From: a virus
DNA: 64,000 nt
Direction: 5' to 3' (one strand)
IMG/VR virus record: IMGVR_UViG_3300021420_000001
Location: 47,481-111,480 of that record
Positions 19,315-28,765 of the stretch are shown one piece after another. Below the pieces are notes generated by a model, which searched no databases, was not told the DNA's origin, and saw nothing but the letters and a program-made list of their open reading frames with translations. Position 1 is the stretch's first letter. Each line of letters begins with the position of its first letter. The translations under genes and the position numbers were made by a program.

Positions 19315-19794
19315 CTAGAAGTTCCCCCACCAACCGCCAGGACCCCACCCCCCAAAAACGGGCCAGGGGTTTGCGGGTTTTGGTGCTCCAGGCAAATATC
19401 GCATAGTACGGAAAGGACTACTTGCTAACCAGTACATCGATCCGAAAGTAGTCTGGTTCCACCAGCTAGCGTTCGCGTTGACCGGCATCGGCATTTCAGT
19501 CGCTACACTGACCGAGCCTTCTGATGCATTCGTAATACGCCCAACCACATTTGGATCACGATTGGGTTGGCCTGTATTGTCCGGCTTAGGCGCAAACAAC
19601 TGCACGATATGTGCCGTCGCCAGATTGAGGAGATTGGTCTGCGTCGTAGCATCCTGCACAGGACCACCACCGTCATTACGATGTACCTGGGTTGCCAAAT
19701 TCCAGTACATCGTGGCCTGAGCAGAACTCAAATACGAAAACTGGGGAAATAATTGAACCCAGCTGTCGTACGAGAAGGGTACAATAACACCCAC
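19315..19794 (-). CDS. head-tail connector (DUF4054 family)
   Basis: FPQF, LLNLATAHI, VGRITNASEGSVSV, WWNQTTFG. Confidence 0.85.
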   Translation of the reverse strand: MGVIVPFSYDSWVQLFPQFSYLSSAQATMYWNLATQVHRNDGGGPVQDATTQTNLLNLATAHIVQLFAPKPDNTGQPNRDPNVVGRITNASEGSVSVATEMPMPVNANASWWNQTTFGSMYWLASSPFRTMRYLPGAPKPANPWPVFGGWGPGGWWGNF

Positions 19795-19804
19795 GTCGGT
19801 CTAC

Positions 19805-20263
19805 TCAGTTCGCGGTCTGGCTGTAAGGTGTGATCTTCATCCCCACCTTGGGTGGGTTCTTGGGATCGATCGGCTCCAGCCCCGATTTGACCTTCTCGAC
19901 ATGTTGTTCCTGCGCCTGCTTGGACGCTGCGTCAAAGGTTGGGTGCGCAAAGATGATACGATTCAACAACACATCCGCATCCTGATTCTGTGCCACCCAC
20001 TCTTCCCAGAAGTCGGCCGGAACCTGGGTCAGGGCATAGCCGCCAGGCATGGGAACCTCTGGAACCTGCCCGAACTTGAGCGCGCATCCGGCCAGCTTGA
20101 CGGGCTCGCCTTTCTTGCGCGCCTTCTGGATAGTGCGGGTACCAGTCGGAGACGCTTCATGCTGATCCTGCATCTCCCAGAGCTGGAGAATGAGCCCATT
20201 AGGTAGCTTACAGGCAACAGTGACAGTAGACACAGACTTCTTCGTAGTGACGCGCTCGACCAT
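19805..20263 (-). CDS. phage head-associated protein, paralog A
   Basis: VACKLPNGL...GYALT.VPADFWEEW; typical position after capsid gene. Confidence 0.7.
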   Translation of the reverse strand: MVERVTTKKSVSTVTVACKLPNGLILQLWEMQDQHEASPTGTRTIQKARKKGEPVKLAGCALKFGQVPEVPMPGGYALTQVPADFWEEWVAQNQDADVLLNRIIFAHPTFDAASKQAQEQHVEKVKSGLEPIDPKNPPKVGMKITPYSQTAN

Positions 20264-20280
20264 TGTAACAAACTCCTCTT

Positions 20281-20571
20281 TCAGCCCATTTTGAATGTGG
20301 GGTTATTAAACCCTTGTACCTTGTTCCGACTCCAGGCCCGACCCTTCAGAACGTTAAGATCTTCCTCAGCGAAGACAATATTGTTCCGTACGGCGTCAGA
20401 GTCGGCATTGGCCTTGAGCCAAGCCGCCCAGAGCTCTCCGTCCACGCCTTCGGTTATGGCATAGCCACCAGCCCTATCCTGAACCTGGACTTTGTTAGGG
20501 CCGAGGAGAGTTACCTGCCTACCAGCACCGCTGATAAGCATCCCATTTGGTACCTTGCAAGCTACGAACAT
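20281..20571 (-). CDS. phage head-associated protein, paralog B
   Basis: VACKVPNGM...GYAITEGVDGELWAAW; paralog of 19805-20263. Confidence 0.7.
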   Translation of the reverse strand: MFVACKVPNGMLISGAGRQVTLLGPNKVQVQDRAGGYAITEGVDGELWAAWLKANADSDAVRNNIVFAEEDLNVLKGRAWSRNKVQGFNNPTFKMG

Positions 20572-20589
20572 TGGGCCGCCCCTAAAGTG

Positions 20590-21687
20590 TTATACGCCCA
20601 AGAGGCCTGCGACTGCGGCGGGAACCTTAATTATCGCGCCCCAGGTACCACCAGTGACCTTCTGACGATAGGACGAAATCTCACGAATGATAGGGTGCGC
20701 ACGCATCTTTTCGTTGAAGGCGCAGTAGCCGGTCGTCTGACCTTCAAGTGCGGGTGCGAACAACTGGACGAAGTTGCCGGCTGCGATGCCTTGTGGGTTG
20801 GACGCAGTCGTGACCGCGTACTGGATCGCCGTCTTGATCTCGATCTTCGGGAAGTTCTTCTTCAACAGGTCATGCACGTTGACGTTGAAGGTATTGGTCG
20901 CGGTCAAGGCGACTTCCGACTGCGGGGACATCGCCAGGATCAACTTGTCCTCGGCAGAGACCAGACCGTTGGTCTGTTGGACCAGCTGAAAAAAGAGCGA
21001 CTGAATGTCGGTGAAGACCTCGTTCGCTGTGGCCTGGACCACACCGCCAGAAATCCACTTCGTACCGCCGTACGCCTTGGAAGCCGGTGAGATGGAAGCC
21101 GGCAGCGCCGGATCATTCAGCAGGCCGTAATTCTGAAGTCCACCCACACCAAAGAAGTAGGTGAAGTTCAGGAACTTGCCCATGACGGTCGCAGCGGCCT
21201 GATCCTTCTCGGACACCCAGTTGAGCTTGGCGAGGCCCATACGTGCCAGTTCGAGTTCACCGTACTCCTTGACGCCCTGGAACAGATAGGCCTGACGGTT
21301 CGGAAAGTCGGTGTTGACGCCGATCTCACCGTTGCCGGAGTAGTCGCCATAGCTGGAGACTTCACCCGTATGCTCGACGACCGGGAAGATTCTGGTCTGG
21401 TCGAGCCAGGTGCCGGCTCTCCGTTCCCCGAAGATTTCCGCCGCCTTGTTGGGCGTAAAGAGAATACGCACGACTTCCGGATCGATGGAGGTCGTAAGCA
21501 GCGCCGGAATACCGGCATTGGGATCGGTCGTCAGCGTCGGCTGGGCGTCCATTGCGAGGCCCCAATTGTGGCGCCACTCATCCGGGAGATACTGCCGGAC
21601 TTCTGCTCCAGGCTCGAACGAGATGCCTCGAGCCTCAAGGTGAGGACGGTCAGCCCGCCACTGCGTGATGGCTTCTTGCAAATTCAT
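20590..21687 (-). CDS. major capsid protein (DUF2184 family)
   Basis: LAMDAQP.L.T..NAGIP, YGELEL, YFFGV.GLQNYGLLNDP, GGTWGAII. Confidence 0.92.
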   Translation of the reverse strand: MNLQEAITQWRADRPHLEARGISFEPGAEVRQYLPDEWRHNWGLAMDAQPTLTTDPNAGIPALLTTSIDPEVVRILFTPNKAAEIFGERRAGTWLDQTRIFPVVEHTGEVSSYGDYSGNGEIGVNTDFPNRQAYLFQGVKEYGELELARMGLAKLNWVSEKDQAAATVMGKFLNFTYFFGVGGLQNYGLLNDPALPASISPASKAYGGTKWISGGVVQATANEVFTDIQSLFFQLVQQTNGLVSAEDKLILAMSPQSEVALTATNTFNVNVHDLLKKNFPKIEIKTAIQYAVTTASNPQGIAAGNFVQLFAPALEGQTTGYCAFNEKMRAHPIIREISSYRQKVTGGTWGAIIKVPAAVAGLLGV

Positions 21688-21770
21688 TTTGATTTGCTCC
21701 TGTTAGTCGGCCATCGTCTCAGCGGTGGGCCGAGCATTGAGTTTGAGGGGAGTTTTAGCGATGGCTAAGG

Positions 21771-22862
21771 TTAGCCGAGATGCTCAGAGCTCATTTTCAC
21801 AAGCTCACCGACGAGGCCGTTGCTCATGGCCTGCCACTTGGTTTCGATCGAACCCAGGAAGAGCATCGTCTGGACAGCAGCCTCAGTCTGGGAAGGATAG
21901 ACGTAGTAGGTTCCCGTACCACCCGTGCCGGTGCCGAGTGCAGTGATATACGTTCCCGCAGCCGCACCGGTGCCGCTAATCGTTGCCCCAACACCCAGCG
22001 TACCAGAGACCAGGGTTGCGGCCGTCAGCAACCCGGCCGATCCGTTGATCGTAGCGGACGTATACGTCTGCTCCGGGATGTTGAGGGTATAGATACCAAC
22101 CTGACCCGTAGAGCCAGAAAGCTGGCCGGTGATAGTCGTGCCGGTCGCGATGGTCCCACCGCCCGTACCGGTCAGCGTGGTACCGGGGGTCAAAGTGCCA
22201 GAGGCCAGCGCCGTGACCGTCAGGATGTTGCCGGCGATCGAAGCCGTGATGGTCGAAAGTGCGGGGGCAATCGAGCCCGTGATGTTGGCGGACTGTATCG
22301 GGTTGCCGGAATTCGCGAAGTAGATGGAACCGTCCGCGAAGTTGGCGTAGGCCTTCTGACCAATCTGTGCCGTCGTCGTACCGCGGTTTTTAGCCCAGAA
22401 GTCGCCCCCGGTGGCCACGGTGATCGGAAAGCCTTGCGGGACCACAAGCGTGGCATCGGACAGGAACACCGTAATGAGCGCTTGCTGCTCGCGGTGGATG
22501 AAGCCTACCACCATCTGCGAGCTGGATCCCGGACCAGGGAACGTACCGCCACCCGCGATGAGCTGAGCACCAGTGAAGGACGTACTGACCTGAGTCGGCG
22601 TACCATCAGAATCGACAACTCCCGAGTACCAAGCGAAGCGGCCAACGGTTGCTCCATTGGGACCGGTCACAAGCCCGCCTGGGCCTACGTTGACGAAGTT
22701 ACGGGTGCCGGAGTTGAAGGAGCAAAAATCACCTTCGACCCCAGGCGCAGGCTGCACATTGACCTGACCCTGGAAGCCCGTGATAAAGCAGTACCGGAAA
22801 AGTTCCGGGTCGCGAATTGCCGTCTGGCCCAAAAGCCAGTTCTTACGGATGTCTCCGTTCAT
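21771..22862 (-). CDS. head decoration/cement protein with Thr/Gly-rich fibre insertion
   Basis: [39 protein letters not shown]...GELVKMS; ATG 22862 has SD GAGGAG. Confidence 0.8.
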   Translation of the reverse strand: MNGDIRKNWLLGQTAIRDPELFRYCFITGFQGQVNVQPAPGVEGDFCSFNSGTRNFVNVGPGGLVTGPNGATVGRFAWYSGVVDSDGTPTQVSTSFTGAQLIAGGGTFPGPGSSSQMVVGFIHREQQALITVFLSDATLVVPQGFPITVATGGDFWAKNRGTTTAQIGQKAYANFADGSIYFANSGNPIQSANITGSIAPALSTITASIAGNILTVTALASGTLTPGTTLTGTGGGTIATGTTITGQLSGSTGQVGIYTLNIPEQTYTSATINGSAGLLTAATLVSGTLGVGATISGTGAAAGTYITALGTGTGGTGTYYVYPSQTEAAVQTMLFLGSIETKWQAMSNGLVGELVKMSSEHLG

Positions 22863-23028
22863 GGGGAGAACTCCTCTGTTAGAGAGAATTTCGGGTTGCG
22901 GGAGCCCCACGACCTAGGAGACGACCCTAGGACGGCCAGAGAGCGGCTGGATTGGGTGGGGAGGGGAAAAGGTAGGGGAAGGCCGAAGGACGCGCCAGCG
23001 GCCGTTTCTGCGGGTTCTAGCGGGATTC

Positions 23029-24189
23029 CTAGGCGAATCCGATCTTCGCGGCGTCCGGATACCGCTTATTGAAGTCCGAAACCGAGGACGAATCCATCCC
23101 CAGGCTATCATCCTGGGCCTGCTGGCGTTGCTTACCGGGCTGGGGAATACGCTCCAAGATGACTTTGAAGGCCGAAGGATGTACGCCCTTCGTATCCACG
23201 CCAAGCGCCGTCAGGGCCGTCTTGTAAACACCCTCGGCAGAGTCATGGGCCATGGCGAGGTCACCAACCCAGGGCCGCACGAAGCGTTCGGCATCGCGGG
23301 TTGCCTTGGTGGCTTCCCGCATATCGGCGATCTTCTTGTCGGCGCTATCGTTCGCCACCTTGACGGCACGCGCGATAGCCGCGTGCACCTGATCTCCAGA
23401 CATCTTGCCTCCTACTTCCGGCTTGCCTTTGAACGGCGGAGGCTCATCCTTCGCCTTCTTGTCCTTCGCCTTGGCGAACTTGGCCCCATCCTCCTCATCG
23501 ACCTCGTCCTCACCTTCCTCGGCGGCCTTCTCGGAGCCGAGTTTGGACTTGGGGACGCCCTCAGGCTCGTTCTCCTGATCTTCGCCTTCCTCGGCCTTGG
23601 GGCCGAAACCGGCGGCGTCGACGGCGCCCGCGATATCATCCTCGGACATGCCCTTACTGGACAGATAGCCCTTCAGCTTCTCGCCGGGATCCTCATCCAT
23701 GGTCTCGTCTTCGTCCTCCTCCGACATCTCTGCCTTCATCGGCATGCCGGAATTGGGGTCAGTTTCGAGAGCATCAGCGTCACCATGCTCCAGGGACTCG
23801 ACCTTCTCCAGGCCGTCCAGGAGTTCGACGAGACCATCAACGGAAGCGTCCTTGGCGAGCCTGCCCTTGGTCTGCTCCTTGATGCCGGCGACGATAGCAC
23901 CCTTCTTGCTGGCAAAGTTCTTGTGCGTCACGCTACCGAGGATTTTACCCCAGTCAAGCGGTTTGGCATCCTTCGCCATCTTCGGCTTCAGCCAGGTCAT
24001 CAGAGCCCCCTGAGCCGTAGCAGCCTTACGAGTCAAAATTCTCTTCGTGCTCATGTTGAGCTCCTTCTGGTTTAATTTACTATCGCCGACTACGGCGGAT
24101 TTCAACAAAGATGCATCCAGCCCGAGAGCTTCAACAGCAGCCTCAGGCGTCTTATACTTTCTCTTCAATGCCTCAGTCAATTTTGACAT
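23029..24189 (-). CDS. capsid scaffolding protein
   Basis: acidic/charged, VRPWVG.L.MAHDSAE.VY..AL..LGV...GVHPSA motif; lies between protease and decoration genes. Confidence 0.75.
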   Translation of the reverse strand: MSKLTEALKRKYKTPEAAVEALGLDASLLKSAVVGDSKLNQKELNMSTKRILTRKAATAQGALMTWLKPKMAKDAKPLDWGKILGSVTHKNFASKKGAIVAGIKEQTKGRLAKDASVDGLVELLDGLEKVESLEHGDADALETDPNSGMPMKAEMSEEDEDETMDEDPGEKLKGYLSSKGMSEDDIAGAVDAAGFGPKAEEGEDQENEPEGVPKSKLGSEKAAEEGEDEVDEEDGAKFAKAKDKKAKDEPPPFKGKPEVGGKMSGDQVHAAIARAVKVANDSADKKIADMREATKATRDAERFVRPWVGDLAMAHDSAEGVYKTALTALGVDTKGVHPSAFKVILERIPQPGKQRQQAQDDSLGMDSSSVSDFNKRYPDAAKIGFA

Positions 24190-24198
24190 TTGAAATCC

Positions 24199-26631
24199 TC
24201 AAACTCGGGCAACCTTCATCGAGTCATCCATGCCGAGCTTTCGGACGGCATCCTCGATTGCAGCCCAACGGAGTTCTTCCGGAACCTTATCACCAATCCT
24301 AACGTCAGTACCAGCGCGACCCTCTTGGCAAACAGCAAGATGATTTGCGATGATGTCCACCATCTTCCCATCGTAAGGTACGCCCTTATACTCGCCCGGC
24401 TCCATTAGGGCCTTGTATCTGTAACCACAGCTCAGTTCGCGTTTCTCCCCCGACTTGATTGCGTCAATATCGTCCTGAGACCAAATGACCAATGAATTAC
24501 GCAAATAAGGATCATCAAACTCTGCATCTGTACCCGTAGCACCAATCACTTCATCTGGTTGATGATCATCCGCCGAAACTGGGATGTGCTCACGTAGAAC
24601 CGGGATGCCGTTGAAGGTGGGGGCGGCTTTAGCGAGTTCGTCCGGGTCGCGCAGGAGTTGATACACCTTGTCAGGGTCCAATTTGAGCGTACCGTCCTCG
24701 TCCGGTATCTCTTTGCCCAAGTACGGGCAAACGTTGGCCTTACTAATATTCGCAACAGTTACATGCAATCGACCATCAGCATCGTACTCACGCACGGACT
24801 TATCGAGGGCAAGTACCAGCTTATCGTCAGAGGCCCGAATGCTTCTATCTAGCGCGGCCCACTTGGCTTCGTCCTGTACCACCTTAGTATCTTCAGCACC
24901 ACTTTCCTTCAATACATCTACGCCATCAATCTTTGCAGACCAAATCTTGTCGGCCCCATCTCCATCGAAATTTGACTTGAACGGGTTCTCGTCCTCCTCG
25001 ACGACTACATTTCGAGAAGACCCTTGCGCCCCCAACCGCCAGATAGAACGTAGAAACCCAGCCATGTTGAAATCGCCATCGTACTCGATCTCAACCTTAT
25101 GCTCAGGTTCCTGCTTACTGTCCATCGTGACTTCAAGATCACCATGGTGGTGCGGAATAGGCTTGACGTCAGCATCCTTGGGTGGATTGCGTGGCGTCAG
25201 CTTCTCGATCCTGGACTCTTGACCACGGAACCAGGCGCAGAGCGCATCCCAATCAATGCCTTGTTCCTTACAATATTGTCGTTCGCTGGGCGTTCCAGCG
25301 GCATTGTGGGACTGAAGATAGATTTGCTTCTTTTCTTCGGTCTTGGGCTTACGTCCATGCTCTTCTTCGAACTTCTCAATGCGCGTTCGAATCTCGTCCA
25401 GTTCCGGTACTTCATGATGGACTAGGTCTTCGACAACATCGACAATCTTGCCATTGATCTCTACAGTCTCCGGCAGGTTGCGATTGACGTACATGGTCTC
25501 GCCGTCTTTCGACATGCAAGAGACCCAAGGACCATCATGAGTGTGGTCAATCTTTACGGCGTAGGTATTCTTGGGCGTGAAAAGCTTGCACCAACCGTTC
25601 GGATCGATAGGGTCCTCAACGAGTTGGCAGTGCGAAATACCACCTTCCTTGAAATCGTATTTGCAGATCGAGCAGTGAGACTCTGGCTTGCCGTTGCCGT
25701 AATCGACTTCTTGTTGAGAGAGCTTGGCGTCATAGGCTTCACAATCTTTGGCCTGCTTCGCCGCCTTTTTAGCTTCTCGATACGCAACGGCTTCAGCATT
25801 TTGGCGCTTAGTAAGATTGAATTCCTGCAAATCGTAAGGATAAACAGCGATAACTTTTCCAGACGAATCAACAACCTCGTACTTTCCAGGGGAAAATTTA
25901 ACAGTTGCGGCATCCTCCGCATGCTCGTCTTCCTGTTCCTCCTCGGACAGGAACTTCATCAGCCCGTCTTTGAGTCCAGCCCAATCCTCAGGCGTCATAT
26001 CTTCACCCGCCTCGGAACCAAGTTTGGTCTTAAGCGTCTTGGCTACAGCGGGATGAAGAGGTTGCGGCAACTGGTCCAAACTCGACCAGCAAAACCCACT
26101 ATGCTCACCGTTCAGCTTAGGGACGAACTTGGCCGCTACAGGCTGAGCAAACGTATGGAACGCCATTCCTGTCGGAGTCGTAACCTTGTCCAGCAGCTTT
26201 TTCTCGCCGCTGGGCTTGCCGCCAATTTCCTCACGTGACTCGCGGTCAGCGGCTTGTTCTGGGGTCTCACCCTCCTCGGCATTACCACCAGGGAGCGCCC
26301 AATGGCCCGCGTAGTTCTCTTCCTGGGAACCACGACGGAGAAGTAGGACCTCGCCATCAGGTGCGACAAATAGTATACCAGCGGCAATACCACCCTCGTT
26401 AGATTCTTCGTCCTTACCCTGTGCAGCACGACGCTTTGCCTCAAGCCGCGTCTTCTTCTCCCACTCTTTCCATTTACGCTCGCCCTCAGTTTCTGGCAAG
26501 TCGTAACGCCCCTTCATCTGCTCGCGAGACTTAAGCGCCTCGCTCTCATCTTTACGATAGCCCTTGTAAGGTTGCTTCTCGCGCTTGGGGGCGTCTTCAG
26601 CGAGACTCTTGGGTACATAGCGTTCTACCAC
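24199..26631 (-). CDS. DUF2213 prohead protease with N-terminal Nudix, HiPIP-like and zincin-like modules
   Basis: C-terminal ISKANVCPYLGKEIP...ELSCGYRY...NHLAVCQEGRAG (DUF2213); Nudix box PGGNAEEGETPEQAADRESREEIG; GTG start with AGGAGG. Confidence 0.88.
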   Translation of the reverse strand: MVERYVPKSLAEDAPKREKQPYKGYRKDESEALKSREQMKGRYDLPETEGERKWKEWEKKTRLEAKRRAAQGKDEESNEGGIAAGILFVAPDGEVLLLRRGSQEENYAGHWALPGGNAEEGETPEQAADRESREEIGGKPSGEKKLLDKVTTPTGMAFHTFAQPVAAKFVPKLNGEHSGFCWSSLDQLPQPLHPAVAKTLKTKLGSEAGEDMTPEDWAGLKDGLMKFLSEEEQEDEHAEDAATVKFSPGKYEVVDSSGKVIAVYPYDLQEFNLTKRQNAEAVAYREAKKAAKQAKDCEAYDAKLSQQEVDYGNGKPESHCSICKYDFKEGGISHCQLVEDPIDPNGWCKLFTPKNTYAVKIDHTHDGPWVSCMSKDGETMYVNRNLPETVEINGKIVDVVEDLVHHEVPELDEIRTRIEKFEEEHGRKPKTEEKKQIYLQSHNAAGTPSERQYCKEQGIDWDALCAWFRGQESRIEKLTPRNPPKDADVKPIPHHHGDLEVTMDSKQEPEHKVEIEYDGDFNMAGFLRSIWRLGAQGSSRNVVVEEDENPFKSNFDGDGADKIWSAKIDGVDVLKESGAEDTKVVQDEAKWAALDRSIRASDDKLVLALDKSVREYDADGRLHVTVANISKANVCPYLGKEIPDEDGTLKLDPDKVYQLLRDPDELAKAAPTFNGIPVLREHIPVSADDHQPDEVIGATGTDAEFDDPYLRNSLVIWSQDDIDAIKSGEKRELSCGYRYKALMEPGEYKGVPYDGKMVDIIANHLAVCQEGRAGTDVRIGDKVPEELRWAAIEDAVRKLGMDDSMKVARV

Positions 26632-26745
26632 AAGAGCCTCCTTAGATGCTCCGCCCGCTGACTAGGGGCGACGTGAGAGTCAGCGGGCGGAGGCCCTCAG
26701 CCCCAAGGATCGAATGCTGGGGAGCATCCTTGGGCGGAGATCGCT

Positions 26746-27555
26746 TTAGAACAGGATCTTGCCGAAGACTTCGTACTTGCGGCCAGAGGTCAGACTCCCG
26801 AAGACCGGAGCACCAGCGCCAAAGCCGGTGATACCTACGCCCTTGTCCGCGAAGACAACCTGAGCACCGACATCCAGAACACCGCCCGTGAGCTTGCCAG
26901 TCGTATCGACGATCTGGTTCATGACGCCAGCGCCCACGAGCGCGGCAATACCAACGCCATTACTACTGGCGCCAGCAAATCCCGCATTGAAACCCCACTC
27001 TTCGATTCCGGCCATCAGGTAAGGATGGCCGTTAGGAAGAATGGTAATGCCCGGAATGGTGGGCGCCGTCGGCAGGGTCGGGAAACCCCCAAAACCAAGA
27101 TTGCCGATCAGCGCCAGCGGGTTGAAGCCGTAGACCTTTACGACCTGGTCGGCACTCCATCGGGTAGCGAATGAAGCCGGAGCAACCGTACCATTTGCTC
27201 CAACCGCAGGGGCGGATGCCGTCACATTACTCCAGTAGCCATTGCCCTCGAAGGCGACCGCTTGCGCGCTTCCGGAAGCATTGACGCCCATGCTGCGCAT
27301 ATAGCCGAACGTAAGGCCCAGGCTTCCACCAAGGGCATTCGCATTCCCGGTGGCGAGCGAAGATGCAAGAAAAGTGCCAGAGGCGCTGTCCTGCTCGACG
27401 CCGCCCTTACTGGCAAAGCCCCAGTAAGGACCAGAGCCATTGTACGGGAATGCGAGAAGGTTGGATGCCGGCGCCTTCACTAGCATATCAGCCGCCTGAG
27501 CCGAGGTAGCGATTGCTGCCACAGCCAGGATAGATACAAACAAAGATTTGTACAT
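26746..27555 (-). CDS. Omp25/RopB-like outer-membrane beta-barrel protein
   Basis: signal peptide ending AQA-ADMLVKAP (rhizobial Omp25-type N-terminus), GPYWG, terminal Phe. Confidence 0.7.
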   Translation of the reverse strand: MYKSLFVSILAVAAIATSAQAADMLVKAPASNLLAFPYNGSGPYWGFASKGGVEQDSASGTFLASSLATGNANALGGSLGLTFGYMRSMGVNASGSAQAVAFEGNGYWSNVTASAPAVGANGTVAPASFATRWSADQVVKVYGFNPLALIGNLGFGGFPTLPTAPTIPGITILPNGHPYLMAGIEEWGFNAGFAGASSNGVGIAALVGAGVMNQIVDTTGKLTGGVLDVGAQVVFADKGVGITGFGAGAPVFGSLTSGRKYEVFGKILF

Positions 27556-27797
27556 GTTACGATCCCCACTTTGTACAGAGCCTATTGAACAGGGACAGGC
27601 CCCTGTAGTCCCCCCTTCATGACGACTTGGATTCTCTTTTCCCCGAATCCAAATTCGCCTCACTGAACAATCTTATTCGTGCAAGAGTAACTGTTTACAA
27701 ACATCGCAGCATTGCTCTTCGGGGCATGTAGCTAGTGGCTTAATCGGCCAAGGGTTATTGCCATACCCGGAATAGGGTTGCTGACAAATTACGCAAA

Positions 27798-28136
27798 TCA
27801 TTTTACCTTTACCTTGTCAAGTAACGCAATATGCTTTGCCCCCAACCGTGGAGACAACTGTCGATCCAGATACTTGGAAATGATAATGCCTGTCGCCTCA
27901 AATTTCTCGCGCAGATACTTACTACGCCCATGAGAAGCCTGACTGGCGTAATGCTCACCACCCAACAGCGCATTCTCTTTTGCCAAATCTTCGGCGTCAG
28001 CGTCATCAAGCTTCTGAAGCTTCTCTTCCTCCAAATCAGATAGGAGGATTTGCACTTCAGGAATGACGACCTCTTTGGTCCTAATTTCCTGACCGTGATG
28101 CTCAACTTCTTCCACGCGAAATACAAATTTCAACAT
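27798..28136 (-). CDS. hypothetical protein
   Basis: ORF abutting the upstream gene. Confidence 0.55.
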   Translation of the reverse strand: MLKFVFRVEEVEHHGQEIRTKEVVIPEVQILLSDLEEEKLQKLDDADAEDLAKENALLGGEHYASQASHGRSKYLREKFEATGIIISKYLDRQLSPRLGAKHIALLDKVKVK

Positions 28137-28523
28137 TTACGCAACCTTTCGGGTAACGAAGTCTCGATTGATCTGATCCTTGCCATGCACCTTGATCAAC
28201 CGTTGCAGATAAGGATCACCATCTGGTACACGGAAGACGTAGAACCCGCTGATGATTGGTTCGCCATCAGCAGAAATCTTCTCTCGTGCGAACGTATTAT
28301 TGTTCATCTTGGCACGTGGGTTGGGCTTACCTTCCTGATCACGTAGATGATTGACCCAACGCGCCTGACAGGCCGACACGGAACGGCCTGGAATTACGTC
28401 GGCAATATCGCACCAGGGAAGGCATTTATGTACGAAAGCGCGCAAGAGCGCGTCTTCCTTGTCGGACCAACCCTGACAAGATCGGCCGGTGCCTGTATAT
28501 CCGCGTCCGAAAGGAGAAGTCAT
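28137..28523 (-). CDS. Myb/SANT-domain DNA-binding protein
   Basis: WSDKEDALL...W.DIA.VIPGRS...C..RW.NHL matches the three-Trp Myb repeat. Confidence 0.75.
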   Translation of the reverse strand: MTSPFGRGYTGTGRSCQGWSDKEDALLRAFVHKCLPWCDIADVIPGRSVSACQARWVNHLRDQEGKPNPRAKMNNNTFAREKISADGEPIISGFYVFRVPDGDPYLQRLIKVHGKDQINRDFVTRKVA

Positions 28524-28765
28524 TGCAAACCTTTTTCGGGTCTGAAAAGTTCTTCATGGTAGGAAACAAAAGGCTCGTCAATTTCCTTTACTTGAAACAG
28601 ATGACCATCGAACCAATCCCAGATACCACTAATTGTGTAGACCTTACCGCATTCCGGCCAAGGGTATTCAGAAATTGGTGCGGCAATAGAGGCATCAGGG
28701 TGACGCTGATCGCAAACAAGATCGCGTGTTCTGACGCAAACGACCTTTTGCCCAACATACCACAT
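28520..28765 (-). CDS. hypothetical protein
   Basis: VGQKVVCV...GKVYTI...FRP pattern common in alphaproteobacterial phages. Confidence 0.6.
   Translation of the reverse strand: MWYVGQKVVCVRTRDLVCDQRHPDASIAAPISEYPWPECGKVYTISGIWDWFDGHLFQVKEIDEPFVSYHEELFRPEKGLQ

Noticed and set aside
21780-24075. Long plus-strand ORFs 21780-23072 and 23128-24075 (also 2146-2997, 5628-6443 and minus-strand 60954-61706)
   Set aside because: Antisense shadows of well-supported genes in GC-rich codon context, with no motifs or RBS.
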